Virus record (IMG/VR): IMGVR_UViG_3300033995_001164
Location: 186,001-250,000 of that record
DNA length: 64,000 bases
Reading direction: 5' to 3' (one strand)
A program made the position numbers and the translations under genes. A model generated the notes under the pieces. The model saw only the letters and a list, made by a program, of their open reading frames with translations, had not been told where the DNA came from and made no database searches. This document shows positions 10,219 to 19,606 of this stretch, in pieces (position 1 is the stretch's first letter; every line of letters begins with the position of its first letter).

Positions 10219-10899
10219 TTATAATAATTTATTTGACTTACGAATATTCTCCTCACCCCACATCGGTTGGAGATTGTTTAACGACCAACATCTCATAAAC
10301 TCATCATCTCCCATCTCTTGAATATTAAAAGAAGTGATTGGTAGTTTATGGTCAACATGCCAAATCCCATAATTATCCCAAGTCATCGTGTCCGTGAATT
10401 GTTTTTCTAAATGATTAATTAATTCTTCCGGTGTATATTGTAGGATGTCAAAGTAATGACCGTATTTATCCACATTACTTTCTTTTAAGACTGTGTAAAT
10501 GGCGGTTCTGAAATTAGATATTAGTTTATATAATGGGTCTGAGTCTTTACGGTTTTTTTCATAATCACGTTTGGTTTTTCTCCACTTATCAACATTTTCA
10601 GTCCTCCATTTTTTATGATATTCTGTTAAATATTCTCTATTTTTTTCAGACCATTTTTTGTGATATTCTAATTTTTTTTCTTTATGTTTGTGATAAGTTC
10701 GTTTATCTGATTCTTTTTTACCACCAAGAAATCTTCTACCGGATGGGCCCATTATAACTCCATTTTCTTTTAATACTCTTAAAATTGTTGGTTTACTAAT
10801 TCCCGTTTTTTCAGAAATAGTATGTGAACCTAAAAGGTCTTGATTATACATTTTAAGTATATTTTTTAACTCCTCTTCTGTTGGTATAAATTTTTTCAT
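10219..10899 (-). CDS. HNH homing endonuclease
   Basis: WHVDHKLPITSF...CWSLNNLQPMWGEENIRKSN; N-terminal HTH-like segment; sits directly downstream of the capsid gene. Confidence 0.75.
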   Translation of the reverse strand: MKKFIPTEEELKNILKMYNQDLLGSHTISEKTGISKPTILRVLKENGVIMGPSGRRFLGGKKESDKRTYHKHKEKKLEYHKKWSEKNREYLTEYHKKWRTENVDKWRKTKRDYEKNRKDSDPLYKLISNFRTAIYTVLKESNVDKYGHYFDILQYTPEELINHLEKQFTDTMTWDNYGIWHVDHKLPITSFNIQEMGDDEFMRCWSLNNLQPMWGEENIRKSNKLL

Positions 10900-10955
10900 A
10901 TAATATAAATATACAACAATTATACCAAAAAACCGATTATTGAAAATAAAGGAAT

Positions 10956-10982
10956 AAAAAAAGGGACATATAGTCCCTTTTT
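10956..10982 (-). terminator. Terminator after major capsid gene
   Basis: AAAGGGAC-ATATA-GTCCCTTT hairpin with A/T tracts. Confidence 0.7.
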
Positions 10983-11004
10983 ATTAAATATTTTAAGATT
11001 TTGA

Positions 11005-12792
11005 TTATCTCAATTCTCTTAAATCGAATGTTCTAACACCATCAACAGTAATTCTTCCGTAAAATCTGTTGTTCACCATTTTTTTCGCGTAACGAGTCAT
11101 TATACCTTTAATCGGTGTAAAGTTGAATGGGTTGTACATTGTTGGAGTTAATTGTAATGGTACGTATGGTGCGTAGATGTATCCTGTGTCTAACAATGAT
11201 GTTCCTTTGTGTCCCATTAACACTTGGTTTGGTGGGAAGTAAGGGTCACGGTAAACTTGGTAACGTCCTGCAAGAGTACCAACTCTTTCAATACCCATGT
11301 TGTATTGGTCTTGCTCAGGAGAAGCATTTGATACGTGGAAGTATTCTAAATCGTCAAAGATAGCAGAGATTTCAGAAGAAACAACAATCCAGTTAGCTCC
11401 ACCTCTTAATGTAGATTTGTGGATTTGAGCAGAGATTTGGTTAATCGCTGTAATAAGCGTTTGGTTCCAGTCTTTTTGAGTATAAGGAACAGCAGAAGAA
11501 CCTAAACGTTTCCAACCATTGTAATCCCATCTCAAGTTCCAAGCAGCACCTTTACGTAAATCTCTTAAGATTTCACGGTCAATTTCTGCCGCCACTTGCT
11601 CAGATAATAAAGCTGTTAATTCAGCTTCAGCATCGATGTTGTGGAATGCAGCAACGTCTTGTGCCATTTCAGGAGACCATTGTGCTCTTAATTTTCTTTC
11701 TGTTACAGAAACAGTAACTGACATAAGGTCAAAAGAAACCTCACCAATTTTATCTTCAAACTCTAAGTTTTTGTAGATTTTATAAGATGCGGTGAATGCA
11801 GCATCATTAGCAGTTGAAGATGAGAATGTTGAACCTGTGTAACCGTCCATTGAACCACCACAAGTAATACAAACTGGTACTTGTAAGTCAACCTCTAAGT
11901 AGATTTTACCTTGAGCATCACATACGTTGTCATATTGACCACCTCCTGTTTTACTATCAGGGAATACTAATGTAGAGTTATTATTTCCGTATTCAACAAT
12001 ACCTTTACCATATTTTTGAGTTACAACTCTAAATAAATAAGGGTTATTTACGTTAGCCGCAGTTGTTGGGTTACCAGCAGCGCCTTTAATAGTTAAATCA
12101 GCTAAGAAAGATTCGTTATCCATTGGTTGACCGTCAGGACCGATTAATTTACCTGCTCCATCAGATGCGAAACCTGACATAACGATTAATACTTTTCTGT
12201 AATCAGATGTTCCATATCCTGAAACAACTAATTGGTCTCCAGCCCACGCAACAGTTGCAACAGACGCAGTAATAGCGGAAAATTGTCCTTTTGAATAGTC
12301 ATATAAACCTGGTGGGTCTAAAGCTGGTTCATTACCTTCATAGAATCTGTCATAAAGGTCTTTTGTATTATTGTAGTCATATCCACTGTTTGGTGTTTGA
12401 CCTTCAGTTGCATTTGGTGCTCCGTAAGGTGCGTAGTGAGCTCCCGGAGTTTCGTATGCTTGAATGTTTGGTACGAAGTAGAATAATTTACCAATTGGTA
12501 AGTTCATTGCTTGTACTGAAACGATGTCGTTAGATAATAATTTAGAGAATACTCTTCTAACGATTGGGAAAACCACTGTTTCAAATGCACCTGTATCAGA
12601 TGTAGATGATGCTTCGTTAATTAAATACGATGCTTGGTTTTCATATAATTGTGCAACGTTTTCTCTCATGTGACCTTTAAGACCCTCTAAGAATCCTAAT
12701 TTATCCCATTTGTTGATTGTGTCTTCTTTGATAACTTTAAGGTGTTTTAACCCGATGTTACCAACTAATCCTGATTCTAATAATGCTCCCAT
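11005..12792 (-). CDS. gp23: Major capsid protein, T4 gp23 family
   Basis: FPIVRRVF...VSVQAMNLPIGKLFY, VTERKLRAQWSPEMAQDVAAFHNIDAEAEL, YAPYVPL...PIKGIMTRYA. Confidence 0.95.
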   Translation of the reverse strand: MGALLESGLVGNIGLKHLKVIKEDTINKWDKLGFLEGLKGHMRENVAQLYENQASYLINEASSTSDTGAFETVVFPIVRRVFSKLLSNDIVSVQAMNLPIGKLFYFVPNIQAYETPGAHYAPYGAPNATEGQTPNSGYDYNNTKDLYDRFYEGNEPALDPPGLYDYSKGQFSAITASVATVAWAGDQLVVSGYGTSDYRKVLIVMSGFASDGAGKLIGPDGQPMDNESFLADLTIKGAAGNPTTAANVNNPYLFRVVTQKYGKGIVEYGNNNSTLVFPDSKTGGGQYDNVCDAQGKIYLEVDLQVPVCITCGGSMDGYTGSTFSSSTANDAAFTASYKIYKNLEFEDKIGEVSFDLMSVTVSVTERKLRAQWSPEMAQDVAAFHNIDAEAELTALLSEQVAAEIDREILRDLRKGAAWNLRWDYNGWKRLGSSAVPYTQKDWNQTLITAINQISAQIHKSTLRGGANWIVVSSEISAIFDDLEYFHVSNASPEQDQYNMGIERVGTLAGRYQVYRDPYFPPNQVLMGHKGTSLLDTGYIYAPYVPLQLTPTMYNPFNFTPIKGIMTRYAKKMVNNRFYGRITVDGVRTFDLRELR

Positions 12793-12833
12793 TTTAAAAT
12801 ATTTTGTTTTTGATTTTTATTTATTTATTTTGA

Positions 12834-14336
12834 TTACCCTAATTTACTCATTAAATCTTTCATTCTAAGGAATTGAGGATTTTCATAAGTTTTTGATTCA
12901 AGTAGAGTAGTCGATGAACCTGTAGATACTGTTTTTTGAATTTTGTTTCCTACTGATTCACTAATTGATTTTTTAATTTCTGGTTTAGATAATTCACCTT
13001 TAATTGACTGATAAAGATTTTTAGATTCTTTTAAAGTTTCAACATCGTCAAATCTTCTTAAGATATTAATTTTCTCTTTTTTAGTAGTCGAATGTTCAGT
13101 GAACAATCTTGTTGCGTAAGCTAAGTTTGAATTAAATATTGCAACTTCATTAAGTTTTTCTCTGAAAACATTTAACGCTTTTCTATACTCTTCATTTTTC
13201 TCTCTTAACAACGAAACTTCTTCAGTAGATTCTTTATAAACTTTATTACGATTTGGTGTAATACCTTTTCTTAATCCTCTACCTTCTTTGGAACCCATTC
13301 CATAAGTGTGGGCAGCTTCTTTAGTTTCCTCTTTTTCAAAAGCTTTTCTTTTTAAAGTGTCACCTTGTTTAGTAGTGTAATCTTTATCACCTTTAAAGGT
13401 TTTAGATTTATCACCCTTATTCATTCCGTAATCACCTTCTTTTGTTTCTACCTTAACAACTTTGGATTTTCCCCCCATATTTGCCCCTGCTTTGTATTCG
13501 AATTTAGGTTTACCTGTCCCTACTGATTTAGGCCCTTGTTTTCTTTTTTCATTGAATCCTCCAGCCACTTTTTTAATTTCAGTTTTACCTGGTCCATTTC
13601 CAATTCCAACACCTTTAGGTTTGATTGTTGATTTCGCTTCTCTCACAGCTCTTCTTGAATTGTAAGACTCTTCTAAATCCTCTTCTTCGTCGTCCATCAT
13701 GTCATCTTCAAATTCGATTTCAAACATAATTTCTTCATCATCTTGGTCTAAATCGATGTCATTCGTACTACCACCCGCAAAAATCGCATCAAGTACGTCA
13801 TCTGTAGTTTGGTCATCCATTTCACCTAATTCATCAAATTCCATGTCGTCCTCTTCGTCTAACATTTCCTCTTCTTCTTCAGATTCCCCAAGTTTAACAA
13901 GATACTCAGAGTCATTATCGTTATCAGTTAAATGAATGTCATTACCGTCTTTTTGAACTATAATACCATCTTTTTCACCCATAGCTTTAAACACTTTAAG
14001 AATTTCTTCGTCAGAAGCTCCTGTTAAGTCAATTGGACTTTCATCAGAATCCATGTCCATGTCAAAATCCATGTCCATATCATCTTCATCTTCGTCTTCA
14101 TTATCAATGTCCATATCTAAGTCGATGTCTTCTTCATCAGAATCCATATCGTCTTCCACATCCATATCTAATTCAATCCCGTCTTCTTCTTGTTCAGAAA
14201 GAGATTCTTTTACTAGCTGATTGATTTCTTCCTTCATAGTTGAAGCAAGTATTCCTTTTGCGTTTTCGGCTATAGCTTCTTCAACTTGTCTCATTTGAAT
14301 AAGTGCCTCCTGTACTAATTTATTATTTTCTTGCAT
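12834..14336 (-). CDS. Prohead core scaffolding protein (gp22-like)
   Basis: Very acidic middle, coiled-coil C-terminus (LNEVAIFNSNLAYATRLF); lies between protease and capsid genes. Confidence 0.7.
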   Translation of the reverse strand: MQENNKLVQEALIQMRQVEEAIAENAKGILASTMKEEINQLVKESLSEQEEDGIELDMDVEDDMDSDEEDIDLDMDIDNEDEDEDDMDMDFDMDMDSDESPIDLTGASDEEILKVFKAMGEKDGIIVQKDGNDIHLTDNDNDSEYLVKLGESEEEEEMLDEEDDMEFDELGEMDDQTTDDVLDAIFAGGSTNDIDLDQDDEEIMFEIEFEDDMMDDEEEDLEESYNSRRAVREAKSTIKPKGVGIGNGPGKTEIKKVAGGFNEKRKQGPKSVGTGKPKFEYKAGANMGGKSKVVKVETKEGDYGMNKGDKSKTFKGDKDYTTKQGDTLKRKAFEKEETKEAAHTYGMGSKEGRGLRKGITPNRNKVYKESTEEVSLLREKNEEYRKALNVFREKLNEVAIFNSNLAYATRLFTEHSTTKKEKINILRRFDDVETLKESKNLYQSIKGELSKPEIKKSISESVGNKIQKTVSTGSSTTLLESKTYENPQFLRMKDLMSKLG

Positions 14337-14482
14337 GAAAAATTATTGTTATTTTCATTATAAATATTACCAAAAACAAAAAAAGTTTATTTTATCTAAC
14401 TAATAGACAAAATAAACTTTAATTTAGTGCAAAAAAAAGTAGTCGAATACGACTACTTTTTGTTTATTGATGATTAAATCAG

Positions 14483-14692
14483 TTATTGAATAACCTCATC
14501 AATTTTACTTTCAGAGACTGCGGTTATTCTCCACTCGTGTGTGAACCCCTCATATTTTTTTGTAACCTTGGCCTCAACATCTGTTACTGAATACCCTTCT
14601 ACAAGTTTTTCTTCTCTGATTTTTCTAATTTTACCTGTATTCTCATCAGGTAAGTCGTACTGAATTTTTGCTACGAAATACTTTTCTTCCAT
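14483..14692 (-). CDS. DUF4494-like small protein
   Basis: ENTGKIRKIREEKLVEGYSVTDVEAKV resembles the Bacteroidota DUF4494 pattern. Confidence 0.55.
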   Translation of the reverse strand: MEEKYFVAKIQYDLPDENTGKIRKIREEKLVEGYSVTDVEAKVTKKYEGFTHEWRITAVSESKIDEVIQ

Positions 14693-14699
14693 GTGTTTT

Positions 14700-15416
14700 T
14701 TATTTTCCTAAAAAGTCGTTTAATTTTTTCATTAAATCAACTGACTTCTCAACATAATCGTCTTTTTGTTTATGTTTTTTTTCTTCGTCTAAATTTTCCT
14801 CATATTTTTCTCTATCATCCGCATTTGAAAATAAATAAGCTCCCGGTGTGGACGGTGACGATACTAAGTCAAAACAGATTAATTCAAAATCTTCCTGAAC
14901 TTCATTTCTTTCTCCAACTTTTTTTAACGACCCAACCCCTCTTGATGATATACCTAAGGTTACTCCTTGTCTCATTAAGTTCGCTGCTATATCCCCTTTT
15001 GTGGATACAACTCCTGATTCGTGAAAACCCGGAGAAGTTAATAATTTTAGTTTTCCCATTAAAATATTTCGGTCCCACCATATTTCAGTGATAATATGGG
15101 ATACTCGGTCTAAATCGATTAAAGATGACTCAGGGTGGTTTAATTCGGATGTTGATAAACCTTTGTTAATTGTTTTTTGATAATTGTCCGCTTCTCTTCT
15201 TAATATCTTTTCAGGGTATGAACGACCATTTCTATTTGGTGTATCGTATTTTTGTAAAACAGCATAAAATTCAAATGGGTTTCTATAATCCATGTCTTTA
15301 GCTTCTTGTAAAACTTTTTCATTATGTTTGTCTTTAGGAGACACCCAACCGGCATCCGCTTCAACTAATATACCATGTCCTACTTCAGTCGCTTCTAATA
15401 TTCTTAATTGTTTCAT
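14700..15416 (-). CDS. gp21: Prohead core protease, T4 gp21 family
   Basis: NRNGRSYP, ELNHP, LGISSRGVGS, DLVSSPSTPGA motifs. Confidence 0.92.
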   Translation of the reverse strand: MKQLRILEATEVGHGILVEADAGWVSPKDKHNEKVLQEAKDMDYRNPFEFYAVLQKYDTPNRNGRSYPEKILRREADNYQKTINKGLSTSELNHPESSLIDLDRVSHIITEIWWDRNILMGKLKLLTSPGFHESGVVSTKGDIAANLMRQGVTLGISSRGVGSLKKVGERNEVQEDFELICFDLVSSPSTPGAYLFSNADDREKYEENLDEEKKHKQKDDYVEKSVDLMKKLNDFLGK

Positions 15417-15453
15417 TAATTCTTTTTAAGATAAATATATCGATTATGGTACT

Positions 15454-15894
15454 TTACAAGGATTCCTCTTTTTTTGTAGTAGAAAATTCAAAATATTTAT
15501 TGGTGGTAATATTATTATTAAAGATTGATTGGACAATATTTTTTACAGAATTTTTAATTTCTACGGATTTGAAATCAAATTCATTTGTGGTATATAAATT
15601 TATTTCTAAATTAAAAAATGATTTTTTTCCATGAGAAATGCCACTTGTCCTTAAGTCTAAATCAACAATACTTTTATCTTGGAAGATATTGGTATCAATT
15701 GATTTATAGACGGAATGTTTTATTTCTCTACTTAAATTAGAAACTATCCGATTCCAATTGTCATATTCATCTTTGGGGTTTACCCATGATTGAATGTTTA
15801 TGTATATTGATTTTAAATTTTTCGAATCTACTGTTCCGTAAACCGATTTAATTGGAGCGTATAAGTTTAATTTTACACTTTTTCCTTTTTTCAT
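15454..15894 (-). CDS. Hypothetical protein
   Basis: 146-aa ORF in the head operon. Confidence 0.6.
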   Translation of the reverse strand: MKKGKSVKLNLYAPIKSVYGTVDSKNLKSIYINIQSWVNPKDEYDNWNRIVSNLSREIKHSVYKSIDTNIFQDKSIVDLDLRTSGISHGKKSFFNLEINLYTTNEFDFKSVEIKNSVKNIVQSIFNNNITTNKYFEFSTTKKEESL

Positions 15895-16026
15895 TAATGT
15901 TTTTCATTATAAATGTTTATTGATTATAGTGAAAATATAAGTTAAATTATAATTGATGTCAAAAAAAAAGTGTTTCTACTAATTGAATAGTAAAAACACT
16001 TATCTTTTTTGATAAAATATGTTAAA

Positions 16027-16725
16027 TTAAATAGATTCTTCTAAACTTTTAAGTTTTAAAAAATTCATTTGGTCGAACTTTTCATCCCCCAATCTATCAA
16101 TTGTTTCGGAGATTTTTGTTTTTATTTCAAACTCTTGTTCCTTTTCTAAAATCACTTTTAATTTACTAATAGTGGTTTCACGTAAAACTTCAAATTTGGT
16201 TTCAAGTGATTTAGTATCTTCGGATATTAGTTGGAAAAATTCTTTTTTTGTTGTTTCATCTAAATTATCAATATATCCTCTTAATGTTTGGTTAGCAATA
16301 CTAACCATTGATTTAATTGGTATATTAATTGACCCTTTAACTACTTTTTTATTTTCTTTTAAAACATTAATTATTTGTTTCTTAACTGTTAATCTTTCGA
16401 TTAAGTCCAACTTATTGGAATAAACTAAAGTATCTAAATCCTCGTAATTATTTTTAACGGATTCAATTAATGATTTAGGTAATTTTATTGTCGGTAAAAT
16501 TTTATGTAACAGATTAATACCTTCTTCTAAGAATTCTTTAGCATCCTGTTCAGATAAACCTTGAGGAGTACTTAATTGGTCATATAAAGCATAGGCTTTC
16601 GACATAGATTTATTGTTCAATACATTATGTTTGAACTCTCTTAGAGATTTTTTAAAATCTTTCTCGTCATTATATGACTCAAGTAGATTTTTTTCGATTA
16701 TGGATTTTAGGTTTCCGAAGGTCAT
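16027..16725 (-). CDS. Hypothetical head-associated protein
   Basis: 232-aa helical ORF directly downstream of portal; late-type motif upstream. Confidence 0.6.
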   Translation of the reverse strand: MTFGNLKSIIEKNLLESYNDEKDFKKSLREFKHNVLNNKSMSKAYALYDQLSTPQGLSEQDAKEFLEEGINLLHKILPTIKLPKSLIESVKNNYEDLDTLVYSNKLDLIERLTVKKQIINVLKENKKVVKGSINIPIKSMVSIANQTLRGYIDNLDETTKKEFFQLISEDTKSLETKFEVLRETTISKLKVILEKEQEFEIKTKISETIDRLGDEKFDQMNFLKLKSLEESI

Positions 16726-16750
16726 TATATGTAATTTTATTAAATAAATA

Positions 16751-19567
16751 TTAGGAATTTAGTAACTTATCCAATTCTTTTGAAATTTCTCCTAAAGATT
16801 CTTGTCCATGACCTAAATTAATCATTTGAGCCCCTTCTATTAAGTTATTCTCAACCAACATATTTAAGTTATTAATTCGAGATTCCGGGGTTATTTCCGC
16901 TTCTCCTCCGACTGGTGGAGGTGGAACTGTTTCTTCCCCTGCCGGTGGTAATTCTTCGCCGCCTAAATCGGAGGTTTCAAATTCTCCCCCGCCAAATGAT
17001 GGAGGTGGTTCAGATGTTTCAGTTGAAGCTGTTTGGGTTCCTCCTGAGGTACTACCATAAAGTTTATCGATATTATCAAATAAACCTGTTTTAGTGATAA
17101 CCGTAGCAGTTGCCTTAAGCTCTTCCCCTACCGCTCTTTCAATTCTTTGTTGTTGTAAATCCAAACGAACTTCTTCATCTGACCATCCAAAAATATGTTT
17201 CTTAGCCCATGTTGCTGAAGTCGCTTGAATACCATTTCCTGGGTCCGCAACTAAATCTTTGTATAATAAAACTTTTTCTTTCCAAACGTCAATTTTTAAT
17301 AAATCTGCTTGGGTTGATGGATTACTTAATCCTAATGTGAAATTATCCAATTCGTCTTCAAATCCTAATAAAAATAAATGGACGATTGCAATTTTATTTA
17401 ATTCTGCAACCATACTTTTTTGAATTCTATTAATTGTTCTAGCAAAACGAATATCTTGTAAAGATAAATTTTTACCATCTCCTACAACTTCTTCAAAACC
17501 TAAAAATGCTTTAGGTACACGAAGAGCTGTTAATAGTTTCTTTTGGATATATTCAATATCGGCAATTTCTGAAAGGTTGGTCGCCCCTGGTAATGTAGTA
17601 ATCGGGTCAGGTGCTGAAGGGTCTCTAACTGGGATGAAATAATCTTGGTCTACCGCCATTTGGTTAAACCTCATGTCAACATTACCTGTTTTATTATCTA
17701 CAACCTGTTCTCTTTTAAATTTATTTGCAACTCTTTGTACGTATGCCTCGACATCGTCATCGTTCATATTACCAACAAATACTTTAAACATTCTTCTTTC
17801 AGGTGCTCTTGATGTACGATAAATTAACATCGCATCTTCTGATAGTAATAATTGTTTCCAAATTCTTCTTGCTTTCTCTAACATAGAAGTACCATAAGGA
17901 AGTTTTCTGTCGTCACCTAATAATCTAAAATGACCAATTTCCCATGTTTGGAATTCCATGTTTTTAATCTTCCAAGTAAAATGAAGAGATTTTTTGTCTT
18001 TATCTAATTCTTTAGTTATGTCAGTCGATATTTTTGCACTTACCCCTACTTCATGTCTTTCAATCTCGATTGTTGGTAATTGTTGAACACCTACAATTCC
18101 TTTTTCAGGGTCTAATTTTAAAAAAATAAAGTTATCACCATACTTGCAAGTGTTTCTTGTCCACATTGGTAGGTTAGTGTTAATGTCAAGTGAGTTATTA
18201 AACAAGTCGGCTAATACCCCTTTTATTCTGTTTGACTCTGAATAAATTTGTAATATAAACCCATCTTCATTTGTTGTGGTTGATTCTTCCGCATAAATGT
18301 CTAACGCTGCTGATATTTCAGGAGTGTTATGGGAAAATATAGTATCTGTTGCAAAGTTTTTATATCCGGGAACTGTTAAATCATAAACAGGAATAACTCC
18401 ATTAGGTTCTATTGACACTATTTTATGATTCAAATTAATTGAAGACCCCACACTTTTTGACGTAGAGTATTTTGATTTTTCAATACCATAAGCGTCGAGG
18501 AATGTTGACCAATCTTTGTAACCGGAATTTGTAATATCTCTTTGTAATTTCCTGTATGAAACATTCAACTTTAAAGATGTTTTTTTCAAAGATTTCTCAA
18601 TTCTCGCCGTTTCAATGATATTGTCAAAAGGTATCGAAAAATATGCTGGATTTTTATTACCTTTACGTTTTCCACCCCAAGTCATTTTACCTTTACGTTT
18701 GGCAACTTCAGACATTTTTAATCTATACTCAGGATTAGACCATAATTTTTCATTATTCAATCTTGCATGATATGCTCTATGTTCTGAAATATCCATAATT
18801 AATAAATTTTCAGGAAGATTATTTTTCCCATTAAAATCAATATGGTGTACTTCTTCGTTGTCTTTTATTTCTACTTCATTATACCATTTTGCAATTAAAC
18901 TATGTTCTGATACCCACCCATGGTGTCCTTCATCTTTATTGCAAGTGTAAACCCAATTATAGTTTTGGTTATTATAAAATGATTTACGATAAAACGGCAT
19001 CATAGAATCCCCGTCTTTGAGGTTCATAACTCTCTCAAATGACCCATCTCTTTTCATTAATTGGTGTTCCCATGTTGTGATAATAAATGAACCATCGTCA
19101 AAAATAACTTTATATGTCATTTCATCTCGAGTGTAATGTGCATTTCGAGCCTTTGAGGGTACGACTTTTTTCAAATTGTGGTCATACGAATAAGTGATAA
19201 ATTCGTAATCTCTGCCTTTGTCAGCAAGTTCTTTTATGGTTATAAAACCATCAGGAGTTGCTATTTTTGTGTCTCCGGCGATGCAATATTCCATACTTTC
19301 ATAATCGTATTGTGCCGATAATCTTGACGGTTCATAATATATTGCCTGAGAATATAAATTATTCTCAACTTTTGCCCATTGATTGGTTAAATAAAAGGTT
19401 TGTTGCGCCTGTAACTTTTCTTTCTCGTATTCTTCTTTACTTTTGGTACGTAGTAATTCCTTTTTATCAAACTTAAAAGTTGGATAATCTTGGTTTAATT
19501 GAGAATTAGGCCCAAATGTTTGGGATAATCTCTGCCATACCGTCATATTATTTTGTTGTTCGCTCAT
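16751..19567 (-). CDS. gp20: Portal protein, T4 gp20 family, interrupted by an intein
   Basis: TPEISAALDIYAEE, PYGTSMLEKARRIWKQLLLSEDAMLIYRTSRAPERR, DYFIPVR, DIEYIQKKLLTALRVPKAFL. Confidence 0.93.
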   Translation of the reverse strand: MSEQQNNMTVWQRLSQTFGPNSQLNQDYPTFKFDKKELLRTKSKEEYEKEKLQAQQTFYLTNQWAKVENNLYSQAIYYEPSRLSAQYDYESMEYCIAGDTKIATPDGFITIKELADKGRDYEFITYSYDHNLKKVVPSKARNAHYTRDEMTYKVIFDDGSFIITTWEHQLMKRDGSFERVMNLKDGDSMMPFYRKSFYNNQNYNWVYTCNKDEGHHGWVSEHSLIAKWYNEVEIKDNEEVHHIDFNGKNNLPENLLIMDISEHRAYHARLNNEKLWSNPEYRLKMSEVAKRKGKMTWGGKRKGNKNPAYFSIPFDNIIETARIEKSLKKTSLKLNVSYRKLQRDITNSGYKDWSTFLDAYGIEKSKYSTSKSVGSSINLNHKIVSIEPNGVIPVYDLTVPGYKNFATDTIFSHNTPEISAALDIYAEESTTTNEDGFILQIYSESNRIKGVLADLFNNSLDINTNLPMWTRNTCKYGDNFIFLKLDPEKGIVGVQQLPTIEIERHEVGVSAKISTDITKELDKDKKSLHFTWKIKNMEFQTWEIGHFRLLGDDRKLPYGTSMLEKARRIWKQLLLSEDAMLIYRTSRAPERRMFKVFVGNMNDDDVEAYVQRVANKFKREQVVDNKTGNVDMRFNQMAVDQDYFIPVRDPSAPDPITTLPGATNLSEIADIEYIQKKLLTALRVPKAFLGFEEVVGDGKNLSLQDIRFARTINRIQKSMVAELNKIAIVHLFLLGFEDELDNFTLGLSNPSTQADLLKIDVWKEKVLLYKDLVADPGNGIQATSATWAKKHIFGWSDEEVRLDLQQQRIERAVGEELKATATVITKTGLFDNIDKLYGSTSGGTQTASTETSEPPPSFGGGEFETSDLGGEELPPAGEETVPPPPVGGEAEITPESRINNLNMLVENNLIEGAQMINLGHGQESLGEISKELDKLLNS
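18326..19285 (-). mobile_element. Intein (320 aa) with HNH homing endonuclease in the portal
   Basis: Starts CIAGDTKIATPDG (block A) and ends VYDLTVPGYKNFATDTIFSHN followed by Thr; internal EVHHIDFNGKNNLPENL. Confidence 0.92.
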
Positions 19568-19606
19568 GATTTAAATTTACTTATTTCCTCAGTAATATAA
19601 ATAGTA

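Noticed and set aside
10860-10899. HNH N-terminus MKKFIPTEEELKNILKMY resembles the head leader
   Set aside because: There is no following x-x-E|Q site and the region continues as an HTH, so the resemblance may be coincidental.
10533-14224. Short plus-strand ORFs in the track overlapping HNH, capsid and scaffold genes
   Set aside because: They are antisense shadows of strong genes with no plausible protein features. The same applies to 14693, 15446, 16172, 19258, 20023, 22698, 27521, 29201 and similar.
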